From Octopus bimaculoides (taxonomy: Eukaryota): a stretch of 64,000 nt of DNA. The position numbers were made by a program, and so were the translations under genes. Of this stretch, positions 38,880 through 53,437 are shown piece after piece. Where the stretch lies: contig NC_068993.1 of assembly GCF_001194135.2 (NCBI RefSeq), positions 84,817-148,816 on the forward strand, in the 5' to 3' direction. The notes beneath the pieces were generated by a model. The model ran no database searches. It was not told the origin of the DNA and saw only the letters and a list, made by a program, of their open reading frames with translations. Each line of letters starts with the position of its first letter. Position 1 is the stretch's first letter.

Positions 38880-39205
38880 AAGTCTTTACTACTTTGACCC
38901 ACGTCTTCATTGCTCTATCGCTTCTACAAGTTCCATCCACCTTAAGTGACCAGCACTTTTATACAGTTGCCCTCGTCTACATCCATCACATGACCAAACC
39001 AGCATAGAATTCTCTCTTTTACACACTACATCTGATTCTTCTTATGCCCAATTTTTCTCTCAACACATTTGTACTTTATGATTCATACAACCTAACGGTG
39101 TTAGCTTCATTTCTTTCTAATCTTCACATGTCCTCTGCTTTCAGATCTCACATTTCTCTACCATTTAACACTGCTGTTCATACACAAGCACCCTACAACT
39201 TGTTG
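38880..39205 (-). mobile_element. RTE-clade LINE C-terminal relic (a further relic at 40870-41130)
   Basis: Decayed ...RLERNEA...LREKLGIRRIRC...WFGHVM motif. Confidence 0.7.
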
Positions 39206-39375
39206 GCAACAAAAGTTATCAACTGAGATAAAAGCTCTCTCAATGTTTTTTCCAGTTCATTGTTATTCAAGAAACTTCTGTTCTTGTTCAGAATAATCTC
39301 CTCCACTGCTGTCAACTAGGTAACAGAAACTATCCACTATCTCTAAGGAGCTTCTGGGTATGCATATCTGTGTGT

Positions 39376-39423
<48 letters not shown>

Positions 39424-41804
39424 GTGTTTGTGTGTGCATGCGTGTTAGTACCAACTTATATACTTATATCAACATTGTATGCTAACTGTGAAGAAATTCA
39501 CCATCATACAAAGTGACAAAAATGTCTGGCTACTGTGTGATTTTTGTGTTCAAAAGGGAAATTGTACTTAGACTGGAAATAGGTGAGCATTGGTAACAGA
39601 AAGAGCAATGAGTCTCAGAAAATTTGCCTCAGCAAATCCTGTCTGATCCATGCTAGCATCAAAAAGTGGACATTAAGACAATGACAATGAAAACAATATG
39701 ACACATGCATTTTATTTTGCTACCTGTGTGTGTGTGTTTCTATGTATGTATATATATGTATGTATTATACATATATACAAACACACACACACACACACAT
39801 AACAAAATAAAATACATGTGTTATATTGTTGTCATTGTCTTAATATATAACATATATTTTGTTTTGTTGTGCGTGTGTGCATGTCTATATGCATGTATAT
39901 ACATATATATGGGATTAATTAGGTTACATTATTTCTTAGTAGAGATGTGTCAATAGCTCTTATAACTTGTGTTTTGAAGACATAAACATTTTCTAGTAAC
40001 TGTCACCAGAATGATAGTGTTTCATTGAAGAATCCCTTTCTGCTTATACATCCATTGTCCTTTTACGTCCTCCATTTCCCAATCCCAAATACCCATTTTG
40101 TTCTGGATAAGCTAAGTACCCTGTACCTCAGTCTCAAAGTGATCCCATCAATGTAAGAGTAGTTATATCATGAATGAAATGTTGCCTGTGAAAGGTGCTG
40201 CATGAGAAAGATACCCCCCACCCTGCATATAAGAAAACCCATATTAATATAACATCTTGAGAGATTATATAGGCTTAAGTGGTTCTAGTACTAAAGAGCA
40301 AAACAGAAATTGGAAAATAGAATCAGCAGAGAAGTCTAACAAACTAGTTGTGCATCATCACAGCATTTCTAGGTAATTCTCTGAATAATCTCATGAGGTT
40401 TGTGACAAATAAAATAATTGTTTAAAGCTGTGCACTATTAATTAAAAACAGCCCCTTGTTTAATGAAATAAAGAAGTGTAATAGAATGAACTTTTCTGGA
40501 GTAGAGGGAAGTACTTCATACGACTGTAGTTACTCCTGTCTGGCATATTTCCTTGCTTCTTGTAGCAGTTGATGCTGCTGCTATACCAGCTAGTGTGTGA
40601 CTAGGAGACTAACTCATGTCCCATTTTGCCAGACATTTTAAACATATCAGCAGTATTTCCTGATATACCAGGTTACCAATTACTGTTTCAGCCTTCAGCT
40701 CCTTAATCCCTATATTCACTAATACTGCTGTCAACCTGAATGGTTGGTCTCATTGTCAGCTCTACTTGGGATAGATCCATTTTTTTACCTTTCTCCTCAC
40801 CCAAAAGTTTCTCATAACATTGTCATGTCTCTTTTTTTTTTTTTTTTCAATGTCTGTAAGAGTTAGATACCATTATCATTGTACATTCTTCTCTCCAAAG
40901 ACATCACAATTTTTGGTCATATACTCCCTTCCAATGTGTAATACCTCACATACCTGATCCTCACATACTTTTGCTTTTCTCCTCTTACTGAGTATGCCTG
41001 ACACCAATCTTCTTTTCTTACAAATCCTTCGATGCCTACTTTCTTCTAATCTTTGCACGTCTGACTCTTAGCCATTCTGGTTCTATCTATGGAACTACTT
41101 TCACTGCCATGACACCCTATTTTTGAATGAAACTTGCAGCAGCTACATATTTTGTCTGTCACCCTCAGCAGATTTATACGTATGTGTGTGTGTGTGTGTG
41201 TGTGTGTATGTATAAAATGTGTCTGTGTGTTTATATATATCGTCATCATCATCATCATCGTCCGCTTTCCATGCTGGCATGGGTTGGATGATTTGACTGA
41301 AGACTGGTGAAACCAGATGGCTGCACCAGGCTCCAATCTGATTTGGCAGAGTTTCTACAGCTGGATGTGCTTCCTAATGCCAACCACTCCGAGAGTGTAG
41401 TGGGTGCTTTTACGTGCCACTGGAACAAGGGCCAGTCCAGCGGCACTGGCAACGACCTTGCTTGAATGTTTTTCATGTGCCAGTAAGGTGACACTGGTAA
41501 TGATCACGCTCAAATGGTGCTTTTTACGTGCCACCGGCACAGAAGCCGGTGGGCTGCTCTGGCAACGATCATGTTGAGATGGTGCTCTTAGCACTCCGCT
41601 AGCATGGATACCAGTCATCAAATTTGATTTCGATTTCGATTTCACTTGCCCCAACAGGTCTTCACAAGCAGAGTTTAGTGTCCAATGAAGGAAAGGTACG
41701 CATAAGTACACATAACTGGCATAGGCCATGGCTTATGGTCTCACTTGGCTTGCCGGGTCTTCTCAAGCACAGCATATTTCGATCATTTCAAGATCAGTGG
41801 CTAT

Positions 41805-41849
41805 CGGACGCTGACGAAGGGAAATAACCCTGAAACCCGGGTCCGTTCG
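41805..41849 (+). ncRNA. Minimal type I hammerhead ribozyme
   Basis: Stem I cggacg/cgttcg (6 bp, one G-U), CTGACGA, stem II AGGG-aaataa-CCCT, GAAA, stem III C-ccgg-G (palindromic loop), GTC cleavage triplet. Predicted cut after 41843. Confidence 0.8.
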
Positions 41850-42052
41850 TGCTACAGATCACGATGAGAGGGATAACTTCCCTTGGCAAACAGGACACAG
41901 TAGTGTGTCGATAAGCCAGCTGGAGGAGATGTCCTCCTGGGGCTAAAAGCAACAGTAACATCCACCCCTAGGGGTCAGCCACACTTAAGTGGCAATATAC
42001 TTCACTTTATCGTGCAGTTACTGTTAATACTTCATTTAGAGAATTAACATTG

Positions 42053-42092
<40 letters not shown>

Positions 42093-43149
42093 TATANNNN
42101 NNNNNNNNNNNNNNNNNNNNNNNNNNNNNNNNNNNNNNNNNNNNNNNNNNNNNNNNNNNNNNNNNNNNNNNNNNNNNNNNNNNNNNNNNNNNNNNNNNNN
42201 NNNNNNNNNNNNNNNNNNNNNNNNNNNNNNNNNNNNNNNNNNNNNNNNNNNNNNNNATATATATATATATATATATATACATAATATATACATATATATA
42301 TAGAGAGAGAGAAGGGAGGGTTATGAGAGTTAATGGTGTCAATATATGTATGTATCCAAATGGAAAAATCTTCACAGCTCCCTTCATTGCATTTTCTTTT
42401 ACCAAGATTACCAAATATGTAATGCTTCATTTATTTCCTTGTTTTTTTTTGTTTTTTTTTTCTTGTGCTTGTCTAATTTTGCAATGAAGAAAATCAGAAG
42501 TTCTTTATACAAACTGTCCTTGAGAAAAGTATCATTTAGGTCCATTAAGTATAATTAATTATCGGTTTTCATCTCATAACAAATTAGAAAGGTGGAAAGA
42601 TTTATACATTTGACCTTATTAGGTTTAAAATAACCATAATTTTCTTAAAAACTATTATTATTGTTTGTCAAATAAAAGTGGTGAAGAGCTCGTTTGATTT
42701 TTTTTCTATTGCAAAGACTAATTTGAGGATTTAAGGTATATTTAGACTGTAAACCTAAAATCTGTGAGTAACAACCTCATACCCAGGGGCACTGAAAGTA
42801 GTTTTTATTCTGTCTTGCATGATTTTTTTGAGAAAAACCTACTTACACACACACACACACACACATATGCACGTGCACATGCATGCACACACACGTACAC
42901 ATCATGCTGACGTCATAGAAACAGTTACCAAAATCTACTATACAAGCTCTCACATCTCACAAAACATCCATTCAAAAATCACACAAAACACAACAGCTTG
43001 TTCCATTTCTATCACGAAAACAGCACAGCACTTTCAACGTTTTTTCGCAGAGAGAAAGATAAATGAAAACACAGCTACATTACAGAGACATTTCTTGATG
43101 AAGCCTCAATGTTTGGAAAGAGATCAAAGAACTGTGACTTCTGTCTTCC

Positions 43150-43335
43150 GGATAAATTGTGCATCTTTGAGGTCAAAATTTCCATTTTTGAACTTGGCAT
43201 ACCAATCACGAGTGGTTCTTTCAGCTATGGCACCCTCTCCATACACAGTGCAAATGTCACAGGCAGCTTTTGCGGCCTTAGAACCTTGATTAAAAGCAAA
43301 AGGGAGGAGGTGTCAAAAATGCTCAGTCCATGAGC
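43150..43335 (-). mobile_element. Mariner (Mos1/HsMar1-like) N-terminal HTH fragment
   Basis: EHF*HLLPFAFNQGSKAAKAACDICTVYGEGAIAERTTRDWYAKFKNGNFDLKD. Confidence 0.85.
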
Positions 43336-43485
43336 ATTCTTTTCAGCTCAACTTTGACCATTCTGTCACTCAAGAAATTTACCAATTCTGCTTTGTTTAT
43401 ACTTTGCTCTGTTACTAAGTCAGTCAGCCATTATGCATAATTTTACAGCCAGACTAAATAGACCTTCATCAAAAATATGGATATG

Positions 43486-43533
<48 letters not shown>

Positions 43534-46500
43534 ATCCATGTATCATCCCCAAGGCATGATCATGTAATTTTGTACTATTATGTAAATCCTATCATATTTA
43601 TCATTAATTTGTTAACACTACTAATAGATAACTCAACACTTCTTAACTTCAACAGTTTGGATTCCCTTTAAGCACTACTTTACTTTTAATAGAAAATGGA
43701 ACCCATTACTTTAATCAGTTCAATGATTGTTTTTGGTTCAGTGAGACTAAATATATATTGATTAAATATATGAATAGGATTCTATCTCCATGCTGTGTAG
43801 TTGTTAAATCACAATTTAATTTAGCTTATTAATATCCAATTCAATATTTTTAAAAACTTTCTTTTGAAATTTTAAGGATTTAACAAAGTCAATGTAAAAG
43901 TAATCATCATGTAATCTGATATCTCCAATCTTTTCCTATTAGGAACAACTTGTTAGAACATATTTACAAAACTGTTGGGTCAATAGGACAGTTATGTAGT
44001 CAGCCATCCTGCTAGAAATAGCAGTCAAATCAGGAAAATAATTATTTAGATAAGTTAAACTATGGAAAATTAAGTAATTATATATTTTTTCAATGAGTAA
44101 AGTGTAGTTATTAAGAATTATATATAGATTTTCAGTTCCTGCTTTTCACATTTTAAAATTTTTGTGCTACTCTCCATTACATCTTGTGACATAACAAACT
44201 ACATCTTGTGGTACATCAAACTATATTTTGTGGTATGTCAAACTTCATTGTACGGTACATTAAACGTCTTGTGGTACATTAAACTACATCTATTGGGACA
44301 TCTTACTATATCATACATCTCACCACTTCAGAACTATTATCCTACACCACCATTATTCAAACTCTCTCTCTCTCTAGTTCATTATATCTAATGTAGTGTA
44401 GGCAGGTTGTTTAGCAAATATCTATCAAATATTTGAAATTACGTTGGGATGTAGAATAGTAGAGGTAAATGCAACAGCTTCTAGAAACTTCGCTAACACT
44501 TTGAGTGCTATCTAGATTAACATTGCCAAGGATTTAACAAGATTGTATGATATCTGTTCTGCAGTGAACCAGAATCTATAACAGCAGTTATGAAAGAAAG
44601 AATGCTGCTTGCAGGGTTATTGCACAAAGGTCTTTTTTTTCTTTTTCTTTTTCCACTTGAATAATTCTATTGAATGAGTTTCGTTGTAACTTACAACCCC
44701 CCACATCAACCCTAAGAAATCAATCTTGTTTTAGTCATTAGTCTTGATTCTGATTTTCATTTGCTATATAGCTCTAGAAATCCCATCACTCCAGATTTTA
44801 CTGTAAGTTTAGTTAACAAGGCCACAACCTTACAACAGACGCTGCTACACTGATTCTCCCATTATTGTGGGTCGCACTTACCAAAAAGTGAAAAACCAAA
44901 TGTCTGGCAGAGGCAAGTACAGCTTCATTCCAACTTCTGACAGCCAAAGGTTTTCTTTCCCCCTCCCCCATATATTCATTACAACTACTACTGCTGCTGC
45001 TACTACTACTATTAAGATAGAGCAGAAAAAATACTGGAAAAAGATGGGAAGAAAGAAAGGAATATGCTAGATACTTGGTTGGTGCGAGAGAAAACTGCAG
45101 GATATATAGGGGGGGAGATGGTGGGGGGAGATGATAGAAAAAATCTTAGAATAACTGGAGAAAGAAGAAAGAAAAACAGAAAAGTAAACAAAATCAAAAT
45201 ATTAGATGTGGAAGAAGAAAAGAAAATGTTGAAGTAGAAGGTGAAGTTTAGGGATGCAGATTTGGAAATTGGAACAGAGGAAACTGGGGTTTGGGAAGAG
45301 AGAAAACTGGAATTGGTCTTTTGTTTCTTTTTGTTTTACTGCTTTTTTTTTTTAAGTTTTCATCAATTTTTGAATGTTTTGCATGAGTTGGATGGTTCTT
45401 GTTGGAGCAATTGTTTTTTACAGTTGGATAACCTTCCTATCAGTAACCACTCAACCATGAAGTAGAGAAGGTTAAAGAGGGGGAACCTGTTTTATGTCTG
45501 TCAGGCAAAGTAGAGCAAGGAGAGTGAAGATTGTATTGCTCTGAGATACAAACACATATTCAATTAAGAGATTGATGCACTACATGAGCCTCTTGAGGGT
45601 CAGTCCACCTGCTAGAAATAATAGTCAAACTTCCTTCAGTGTGTTCAGCTGACCTGGAGCTAAACAACAATAGCTACAATTTAGGATATTGGATGTAAGG
45701 TTTTGAACAATAATTGACCCCCAAATTAACCCCCAAATTGCTCTCCCTTAAACCTCACAGCCATAGAAAATAATACAAAGTATATTCTTAAAAGTTATCT
45801 GATTGTAAAAATGTTAACTTCATCTGTTAAAGTTTAATGTAGAAATGAGTTAATAGCTGAAATATTGCTATTTAGGGCTTTAATAACTCTCCCTTTATCA
45901 GAAAGTCCCTTACAGCTTAAACATATTTCCTAAACAGCTTACAACAACTCCAATAATAATTTCTTATGCAAATTTTTACCTTTGATAAAACTGAATCTAC
46001 TAGCAATATCCATTTTCTAACTTGAGATTTTAAATAAAAAAAATTTCCATGTAGTTGTTTTATCTGCTAGAAATAGATGTCAAATCTCCCTCAAATTACT
46101 TTAAACTACCCTACTGTTTTTAAAAAGAAAAGACACATTGGATAAATTCCATACTAGATGAAGAAAAAGGCAGGATGGTACTAAATAGAATTCATTTAAT
46201 CTTAAGTCTGTTCCATAAGAGCCAACAGATAACTGAACAACTGAATATATTCTACTACAGACTAGGATCAATCAATTTGTCTCTTATTTTCAAAAATTCT
46301 CCAATATTAAACAATCTTATAAGTGAGTTTATAGAAGCCCCTGGGGCAGGGGACTGCTATAACAGGGGTCCCTGTATCATTACAAAATGTAATTTACATT
46401 GAATATATACAGCGAGGTAATATAAAAACAAAAAGAAAACTTGCAAGCTTTATTATCTTTACTTTTCTTTTTTTAAAGTTAAAACATTCTGGCTGCCATG

Positions 46501-46929
46501 CTTCCATTTGCCAAAATAAAAGACTTGTTGCATCTCTACTGAACAGGATTTTCCTGTCAGACTATTGTTTTTTTTTTGTTTTTTTTTTCTTTTTTTTAAT
46601 GAAAATTTCAAAAGAAGAACCTTACCATTCCACAACTCAGTGGGATGGGGTTAGAATGTGAGAGAGGCAGAGAGTTGGGTAGAAGCAAAGGGGGGAAAAA
46701 AAAATGATTCAGCCTAACTGTATAGATTAGATTGAAAAGACAAAAGAGAAAGAATAAAAACAGGGGAATTCGTTGATTCCATGTAACTACATTTTGTTAT
46801 TATTGGTGTTGTTGCTGTTGTTGTTTAAGCTCATGTCAGCCCTGATCTGCAGACTTATAATCAATTGCATTCCAGTTCCCATCTTTTATTGAGACAAAGG
46901 CTTCAAGGGCTACAGTAGCTGATATGCTG

Positions 46930-47410
46930 TTCCTTATCAATATGTTGACTACGAGGGGTTTCTCTCTTTGAGTGGAAGGAAGATTGTAGGATCCATGTAT
47001 ACAGACAGCAATTCTACATATTAATGAGATGTGGGCCCTGAATGGAGAGGACATGTGAAGGGTGGAAAGGAATGAGATAAGTATGCTCCACTGGATGTGT
47101 AATGTAGGTGTACATGTTCGACAGAGTGCAAGTGTAGGATCAAGAGAGAAGTTAGGTGTCAGAGGAATTGGTTGCTGTGTGCAAGAGAGAAGACTGTGAT
47201 GGTTTGGTCATGTGATGCGAAGAATGGATGCCAACTGCTCCATAAAGAAGTGTAGATCTCTCAAAGTAGGTGGAACATGTGGAAGTGGGAGGTGCAGGAA
47301 GACACGGGACAAAACACTGAAGAATAACCTTGGGACACGGAACCTTTCAGGCAAAATGATAAAGGACTGAGATGCCTGGCACTTAGCTGTACTCAACAAG
47401 ACCTGTCCTC
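46930..47410 (+). mobile_element. RTE-clade LINE 3' end relic
   Basis: Decayed ...ERNEISMLHWMCNV...REKLGVRGI...QERRL*WFGHVMR...CGSGRCRKT motif. Confidence 0.8.
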
Positions 47411-47792
47411 CTCAGCAGACCGAGCTTTGTGATGTTCTTTGTATTAAATATATCTGCATTAACTTTACCTATTTATCAGAGTTTTTTTATTCTCTAACAA
47501 ATCCTAGTTCATATATATATATATATATATTTATACTGATTCTTTCATAACTACTTTGGCAATAACCATGAAGTCTACATTTTAATGATGAGATCAAAAT
47601 AAGGCAGGAATATATCCAGATTTGTTGTCTTCTGTGTTCAATAACTGCTCAAAACGATATTAGTTATTGACTAATATTGTTTTTCTCACCATCTAAACAT
47701 TTTTAGTGATGCCTTCATTAAATATATTAAGCTCTAATTAAGCTTTGTATTTTTATTTATTTTGTTCTCGTTTTTTTTTTTCCGTTTTTCAG

Positions 47793-47933
47793 GTCGATGC
47801 CCAAAGAATAAATTTGGTATGTTCTGTAAGTCCAAATGCCATTGTAAGTCATCTGCATCATGTGACACAGATACAGGAGTATGCCTCGGAACAGTATGTG
47901 AAAACAGCTACATGGGACCAAATTGCCAACAAA
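47793..47933 (+). CDS. EGF/FTP gene exon: 8-Cys EGF-like repeat 1
   Basis: Poly-pyrimidine ttcag acceptor, A|GTAAAT donor, phase 1-1, 141 bp. (G)RCPKNKFGMFCKSKCHCKSSASCDTDTGVCLGTVCENSYMGPNCQQ. Confidence 0.92.
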
Positions 47934-49511
47934 GTAAATATATTAGGGCTTTTCAAAATATTCTTTGGTACTATCTATATAAGTTCATTTTATATGTTTT
48001 ATATAGTTGTTTTGATTTTTTTTTTGTATTGTGGATTATTTTCTTCACCTTCAATTTTCATCATGATGAATGTTGTCTTCAATCAGATCTCATCAATCAA
48101 TCATCTTTACAGGTGTGGATGTGTGGTAAGAAGTTTGCTTCCCAATCACATGCTAACAGGTTCAGTCCATCACCACCTTAAAGCCACTATCTGTGCTGCT
48201 TCAGATTCTGGAAATATATTGATTTTTTTTTTTTTGTTTTACGAAATTTATTTCATCTTTCCATACAACGTCATCCTGAGTACGATCCAGTGCAGGCGAT
48301 ATACAACACTTTCATTTTAATAAATGTTGCTTACTGCAAGTTATGGATGATTCTTTTATGATTTCATTGCTTTCAGGCTTAGCTTAAGGTATTTTTGCAC
48401 CCGACATCACAAAATGCGTCTGAATAAACATTGCCAGACAGCAAATAGAGACTCGGACATTGATTAGAAAATATCTTTCATTTTTAACCTCGTATATAAG
48501 TACGCACTAGGGATTTTGACCTTAAAATTTTGGAGGAAAACATGCAGATTATACTCGAGGATTTATGGTATATTGTTGGTGATTGAGAAAATGAGATATG
48601 TGAAAGTGAATGGTGGAAGTGATGGTACCGGTGACTATCAGTGGCAAAAGTTGTCGTGGTGGTGGTCGGCAACAGCGTCGAGATAGCTTTATTTGTTAAA
48701 TTGGTTTTCTTCAAATTTCTGGGAGTTTCAAAGTCTTGGATGATAATTCAAAAACTGATATTTCAAATCTTAATATTGTTCAGCTCTAATTTCAGTTTCT
48801 TCTCTTTTTTTATCTTCTTACTTCTTTCATTTTTCTCACCTCTTTTAAACACTATCACTCTTTCTACTTTCACATGTTTAATACAGGAGGACTGTCCTAC
48901 AATCATGTTGTCCCACGTGCAGTTTCACTTCTCTTTCACTGCCCATTTTGCCTTTGTGCCTCTGTCACAATACACTTCAGTTTCTATCCCACCATCTTGT
49001 AGCACACCAGTCTCCTTATTCAGTAACACCCTTGTCCCTTTTTAAAACTTCTATAATCATGAGCAGCAGTGGATTAACTCTTTGAATCACTCATCTGGCT
49101 TCCAAACAATATAAAATCTCTATTTTTCTATCATTCCCCAACAAGGTATCTATTAGGGCAGTAGAAAAGCCAGCCTTTACAAAGACATCTCTTGAGAATT
49201 ATTCTTTTGCCTAATCTTCATGGTTTTCAAGTTGAACCCATTAACCAGCATTTTATAATATGGATCATATTCTAAAATCAGTGATTGAATATTGCTTTTC
49301 TCTCTATTTGGTGGCTCAAAGTTAATTTAATTCTGTCACATCAGACAAATGTAGGTAACCTTTTCTTTTTCTGGTTGACTTAAGATTTTGGTGATATAAT
49401 ATAGAGAGAAACTAATTTTCATGAAGTTCATTAATTTTAATTTTAATGTCTTAATTATAGTTTCTTAAATTATAACTAATGTGTTGATATATTTTTCTTC
49501 TTTGTTACTAG

Positions 49512-49700
49512 GAAAAATTATGCCAAAATATAACCAGAAAAATGATAAGAAATTATCGGTTGTATTTGATGGAACCATACAAAATACCAAAGCTACTCAT
49601 TGTTATCATACACAGCACACAATGGATTCAACAGTATCCATGTGGGTTGGCAAGGTGAAAATAAAAAGACTTGTGGTTTATACACTCCAATCAGAAATAA
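49512..49700 (+). CDS. EGF/FTP gene exon: F-type lectin (FTP/F5-8C)-like domain, N-half
   Basis: ctag acceptor, A|GTAAGT donor, phase 1-1, 189 bp. (R)KIMPKYNQKNDKKLSVVFDGTIQNTKATHCYHTQHTMDSTVSMWVGKVKIKRLVVYTLQSEI contains the V.DG and C.HT motifs. Confidence 0.8.
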
Positions 49701-51820
49701 GTAAGTTTTATTTATTAATAACAATTCATCCCGTTAGTTTTCACTTCATTCATTGATTTAGTATTGTGTTTTTATCAATGAATCTCTTTTGTAGATTTGC
49801 TATTGTTCATTACACAACAAACAGGAGAGAGGTAATGATGGAGTGAATACAGTTGTTGTTGTTGTCACTATACAGTGTTAATATTCAAGACATTTGACTT
49901 GCGAGTGGCTCAGTTCAACTGGTTGTAAAATAGGTCCCATAGAGAACGCACTAACATTGTTAGCAATGACATCACTGTAAACATTAACAATAAGGTAAAC
50001 AAGGGCTTTGTCAAAAAGGACTACAATTTATATCCTTTTTACAATGGGCAGAAGGCCTGAAATTTTGAAGAAGGCTACAAGTCAATGACATCAACCTCAG
50101 TGCTTCACAGGTTCTATATTTTATTAACCCTGGAAGTTTGAAGGACAAAGTTGGTAGATTGTGATCTCAGAACTTAAGCCAATGACCACAATTTGAATAT
50201 CCTCAATGTAAATAATTCTTTATAATTTCGGCTCAATGCCAGCAATTTTGAGGGAAAGGAAGCAAATTGAATACACTGACCCTAATACTCAACTGGTGCT
50301 TTATTTTATCAACTCAAAGAAAGGTAAAGTTGCCCTCAGTAGAATTTGAACTCAGAATATAAACAGCCAGAAGAAACACCACTAAACATTTTGTACAAAA
50401 GCACTAATGATTCTGCCGCCTTAATCATTGTAAATAATGGATTTCCCTGCAAACAATAATATCTCTGTAAACATTAACATTATAAGTATTTCATTAGCTT
50501 GCAGTGATGCTGTTGTTTAACTTAAGAGAATCCTGATTGAACAGCTGCATGGTCAAAGACTTTCAAACTAATATCACACCATCTTTGTTTATATTAAATA
50601 GTAAATTTATATTAGATTAGACTGCCCTGGATTCACAACTTCCCTTGTTTCTTTGGAGGGTGGGGTTTGGTATTTTTAAAGATGTTAGGGTCTATAAGAT
50701 CTGGTTGTTATTTCTAGTGAGTCAGTTGACCATGTAGCAATACAGTTGTTGTAGATGTAGAGTACATGTGTAGTGTTAGCAAGAAGATAATTCTCCACTG
50801 TTCTATAGTAAGGCTGTCTAATTTTGTTTCATTGCAACATGGAATTATTCTAATTTATAAACTTAATTCAGCTGATTTTTCTGGAAACTCAATCATTAGA
50901 TTCTTTAAAACTTGTACTTTTCTGTCAAATACTTGAGGTTGTTCATTAGTCTTGAGTAAGAATTCATCATTCAAAGCTATGATTAAAGGCATTCCAACCT
51001 GGACAAGGTTTTGTAGAAGTACATTTATCAGTGTGTGATTCTCTTTTTTAAGACAGTAGAATGTGAACTGAGGGGAATTCAGCTCCTACTTTTGGCATAT
51101 TGAGTGACCACATAGTGGCTTTTTATTTGTCTCCTGTCATAAAGTGTGTAGGAAGTTGTTCCATGTTGAAGTTGCATTACTTTAGAGAGACTTTAGTTGA
51201 ATCCTTATAAATTTACTGCGTTGAAGAATTAAGGAACAGACAATCATAATAAACAAGAAAACAGTTGATGAAGGAAAAAAAAAAAACTTGTAAGAAAGAA
51301 AACTAAATTTTCTTCAAATCACACACTGTTATCTTATAAAAGGAATCATACATTGGAAATGTCTTCTGCCTGATGAAAATAACTGAATGATCATGGTTTG
51401 AATACTTTAGGTCTGCTCAGTCTGATCAAGGCTTAAACAGCAACAGCAGCACAAAATGCAAACTCATTCAGCTATGGAGATTGTTATTTCTCTTGACTGA
51501 GTAGATTTATCATCAAACATATTTATGTCAGGATCATTCACTTTTCTCTCTATTTCTAGAACTACATATCCTTTTATAACGTATTTAAAACTTACCATTT
51601 TACAGAATTTTTTTGTTTCCAAATTATATGAAGCACAATGATGGTGATTACATACCAAACTAATTTGATATATAATATGGTTTAAATTGTTTAAGTTTAG
51701 TGATGTCCATAGGCTGTTGTAGGCATAAAGAAATTTATAAATGTCCAATAGATGAGTGTTAACGTATTTAATGATTAATTATTATTATGTTGTATGTATC
51801 ATGAAAAGTGTTCGAAGATA

Positions 51821-52054
51821 ATTGTTTGAAAACAATTATTCAAAAACATTTATTTGAAAAACAGTTATTTGAAAAACAGTTATTCAAAATAAATATCATT
51901 TGTGTACTTGATTTTTAATTTTATTATCTTTGTTTAAATGAAATAAAAAATTTAGAATAATTAACATTTCATATAATTGTCCTTTTGAGTAATTTTCATT
52001 CATACAATTTTCCATTCAAATAAATGTTTTTTCGAACAATTATTTTCAAACAAT
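51821..52054. mobile_element. AT-rich foldback MITE
   Basis: About 40-bp imperfect inverted ends attgtttgaaaacaattattcaaaaacatttatttgaa / ttcaaataaatgttttttcgaacaattattttcaaacaat. Confidence 0.55.
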
Positions 52055-53437
52055 GTTCACATAATCATATTGTGAGACACACGGACAGATAAATATAAGA
52101 TAAATATACAGATAGATAGATAGTAAATATTAACATGTTTAATGTATAAAGCATCAAATATGTAACAAAAAATAATTATGCAGAAAGCTAGATGGACAAA
52201 AATGACAGAAAGTTGGACAGATAAGTTAGTGAAGCATGCAGGAAGCTAACATAGTTGAGATTATAGAACGGTTTGTCTGTCTTTATGTTCTGAGTCCAAA
52301 TTCCGCTGAAGTCGACTTTGCCTTTCATCCTTTCGGGGTCAATAAATTAAGTACCAGTTGCTTACTGGGGCCGATCTAATTGACTGGCCCCTCCTAAAAA
52401 TTTCAGGCTTTGTACCTAGAATAGAAAAACTTTTTTAGAACAGTGGTTCCCAACCTTTTCACTACCAAGGACTCCTTCTATTTAAATGAGTTTTGACCAG
52501 TATGAGGAACAATCCAGGTTTGCTTTTAACTTATTCTGGCCTTCTCAGTAAAACATAGCTTACACTGTTCTTCTCAAAGTCAGGATGAATGAATCACTAA
52601 GTACATTAATTGATGTAACAGACTTCTTTAAAGATTGTATAATTGAGAAACAACAATTGTTCAGTTTAATTTCATTGCCTTATAACAGAAGCTCTTCTTG
52701 TTCATAGTGTTATAGAATTACAGATTTAGTTTCATCAATCATCTAAAATAATAACTTTCTTAATTTTGACATCCTAAATGGTTGAGGTAATGAGAGAGAG
52801 AGAAGTTTGAATCTTATCACCTCCATCATAATGTTCTCTCTCACCTAGCCTAGTCTACCTAGCTGTTAATGGGAGCCACAGGGTAGGGACAACTCCAAGC
52901 AGCAGAAGGACTGTTAATGCTGTTGTTATTGTTTAGCCCAAAGTCAATTTTGGTCAAAAACACTCCAGCTACGACCATCTCTGTTGCTTTCTTTTTTGCT
53001 TCTTTAAGAAGGGGGATGGGATTTGAGAGAGGTTCGACTGCTATTTATTGCAGTTTAAAAGGCTATTTCAGAAGAACAAATTAGATAATTTGGGTTAAAG
53101 CAGGGTGGTCATACCTGGAACGCCTTTGATTATAAATCTTCTTGATCATGGTTGATTTGTAGCTAAACAACAACATATTTAACGAAGATATTTTTGAAAG
53201 TTTCAACATATTTGCCACTCAGCCCAACCATTAATATATTATGCTATTTACAAAATATACTTCTACACATCCCCTATCGTACAAACAAGAATATATTCTC
53301 GTTATTTACCTTTTTTTTTACTGAAAATGTATTAAATCTAAAATGACAAATGGATGTTTAAGCTATTAAAATGCTTTGTTAAAACTAATTCAAAGAAATA
53401 TTTTATGTCATACAATTTATTCAAAATTATTTTTCAG

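Noticed and set aside
39522-39582. Alternative first exon MSGYCVIFVFKREIVLRLEI with a phase-1 GTGAGC donor
   Set aside because: The phase fits, but charged residues make a poor signal peptide. The 9034 exon is the better candidate, though this one cannot be fully excluded.
42819-43289. 156-aa + strand ORF
   Set aside because: It is a microsatellite plus the antisense shadow of the mariner fragment.
44178-44305. CRISPR-like array
   Set aside because: The repeats are contiguous with no spacers, in a eukaryotic intron, with no cas genes.
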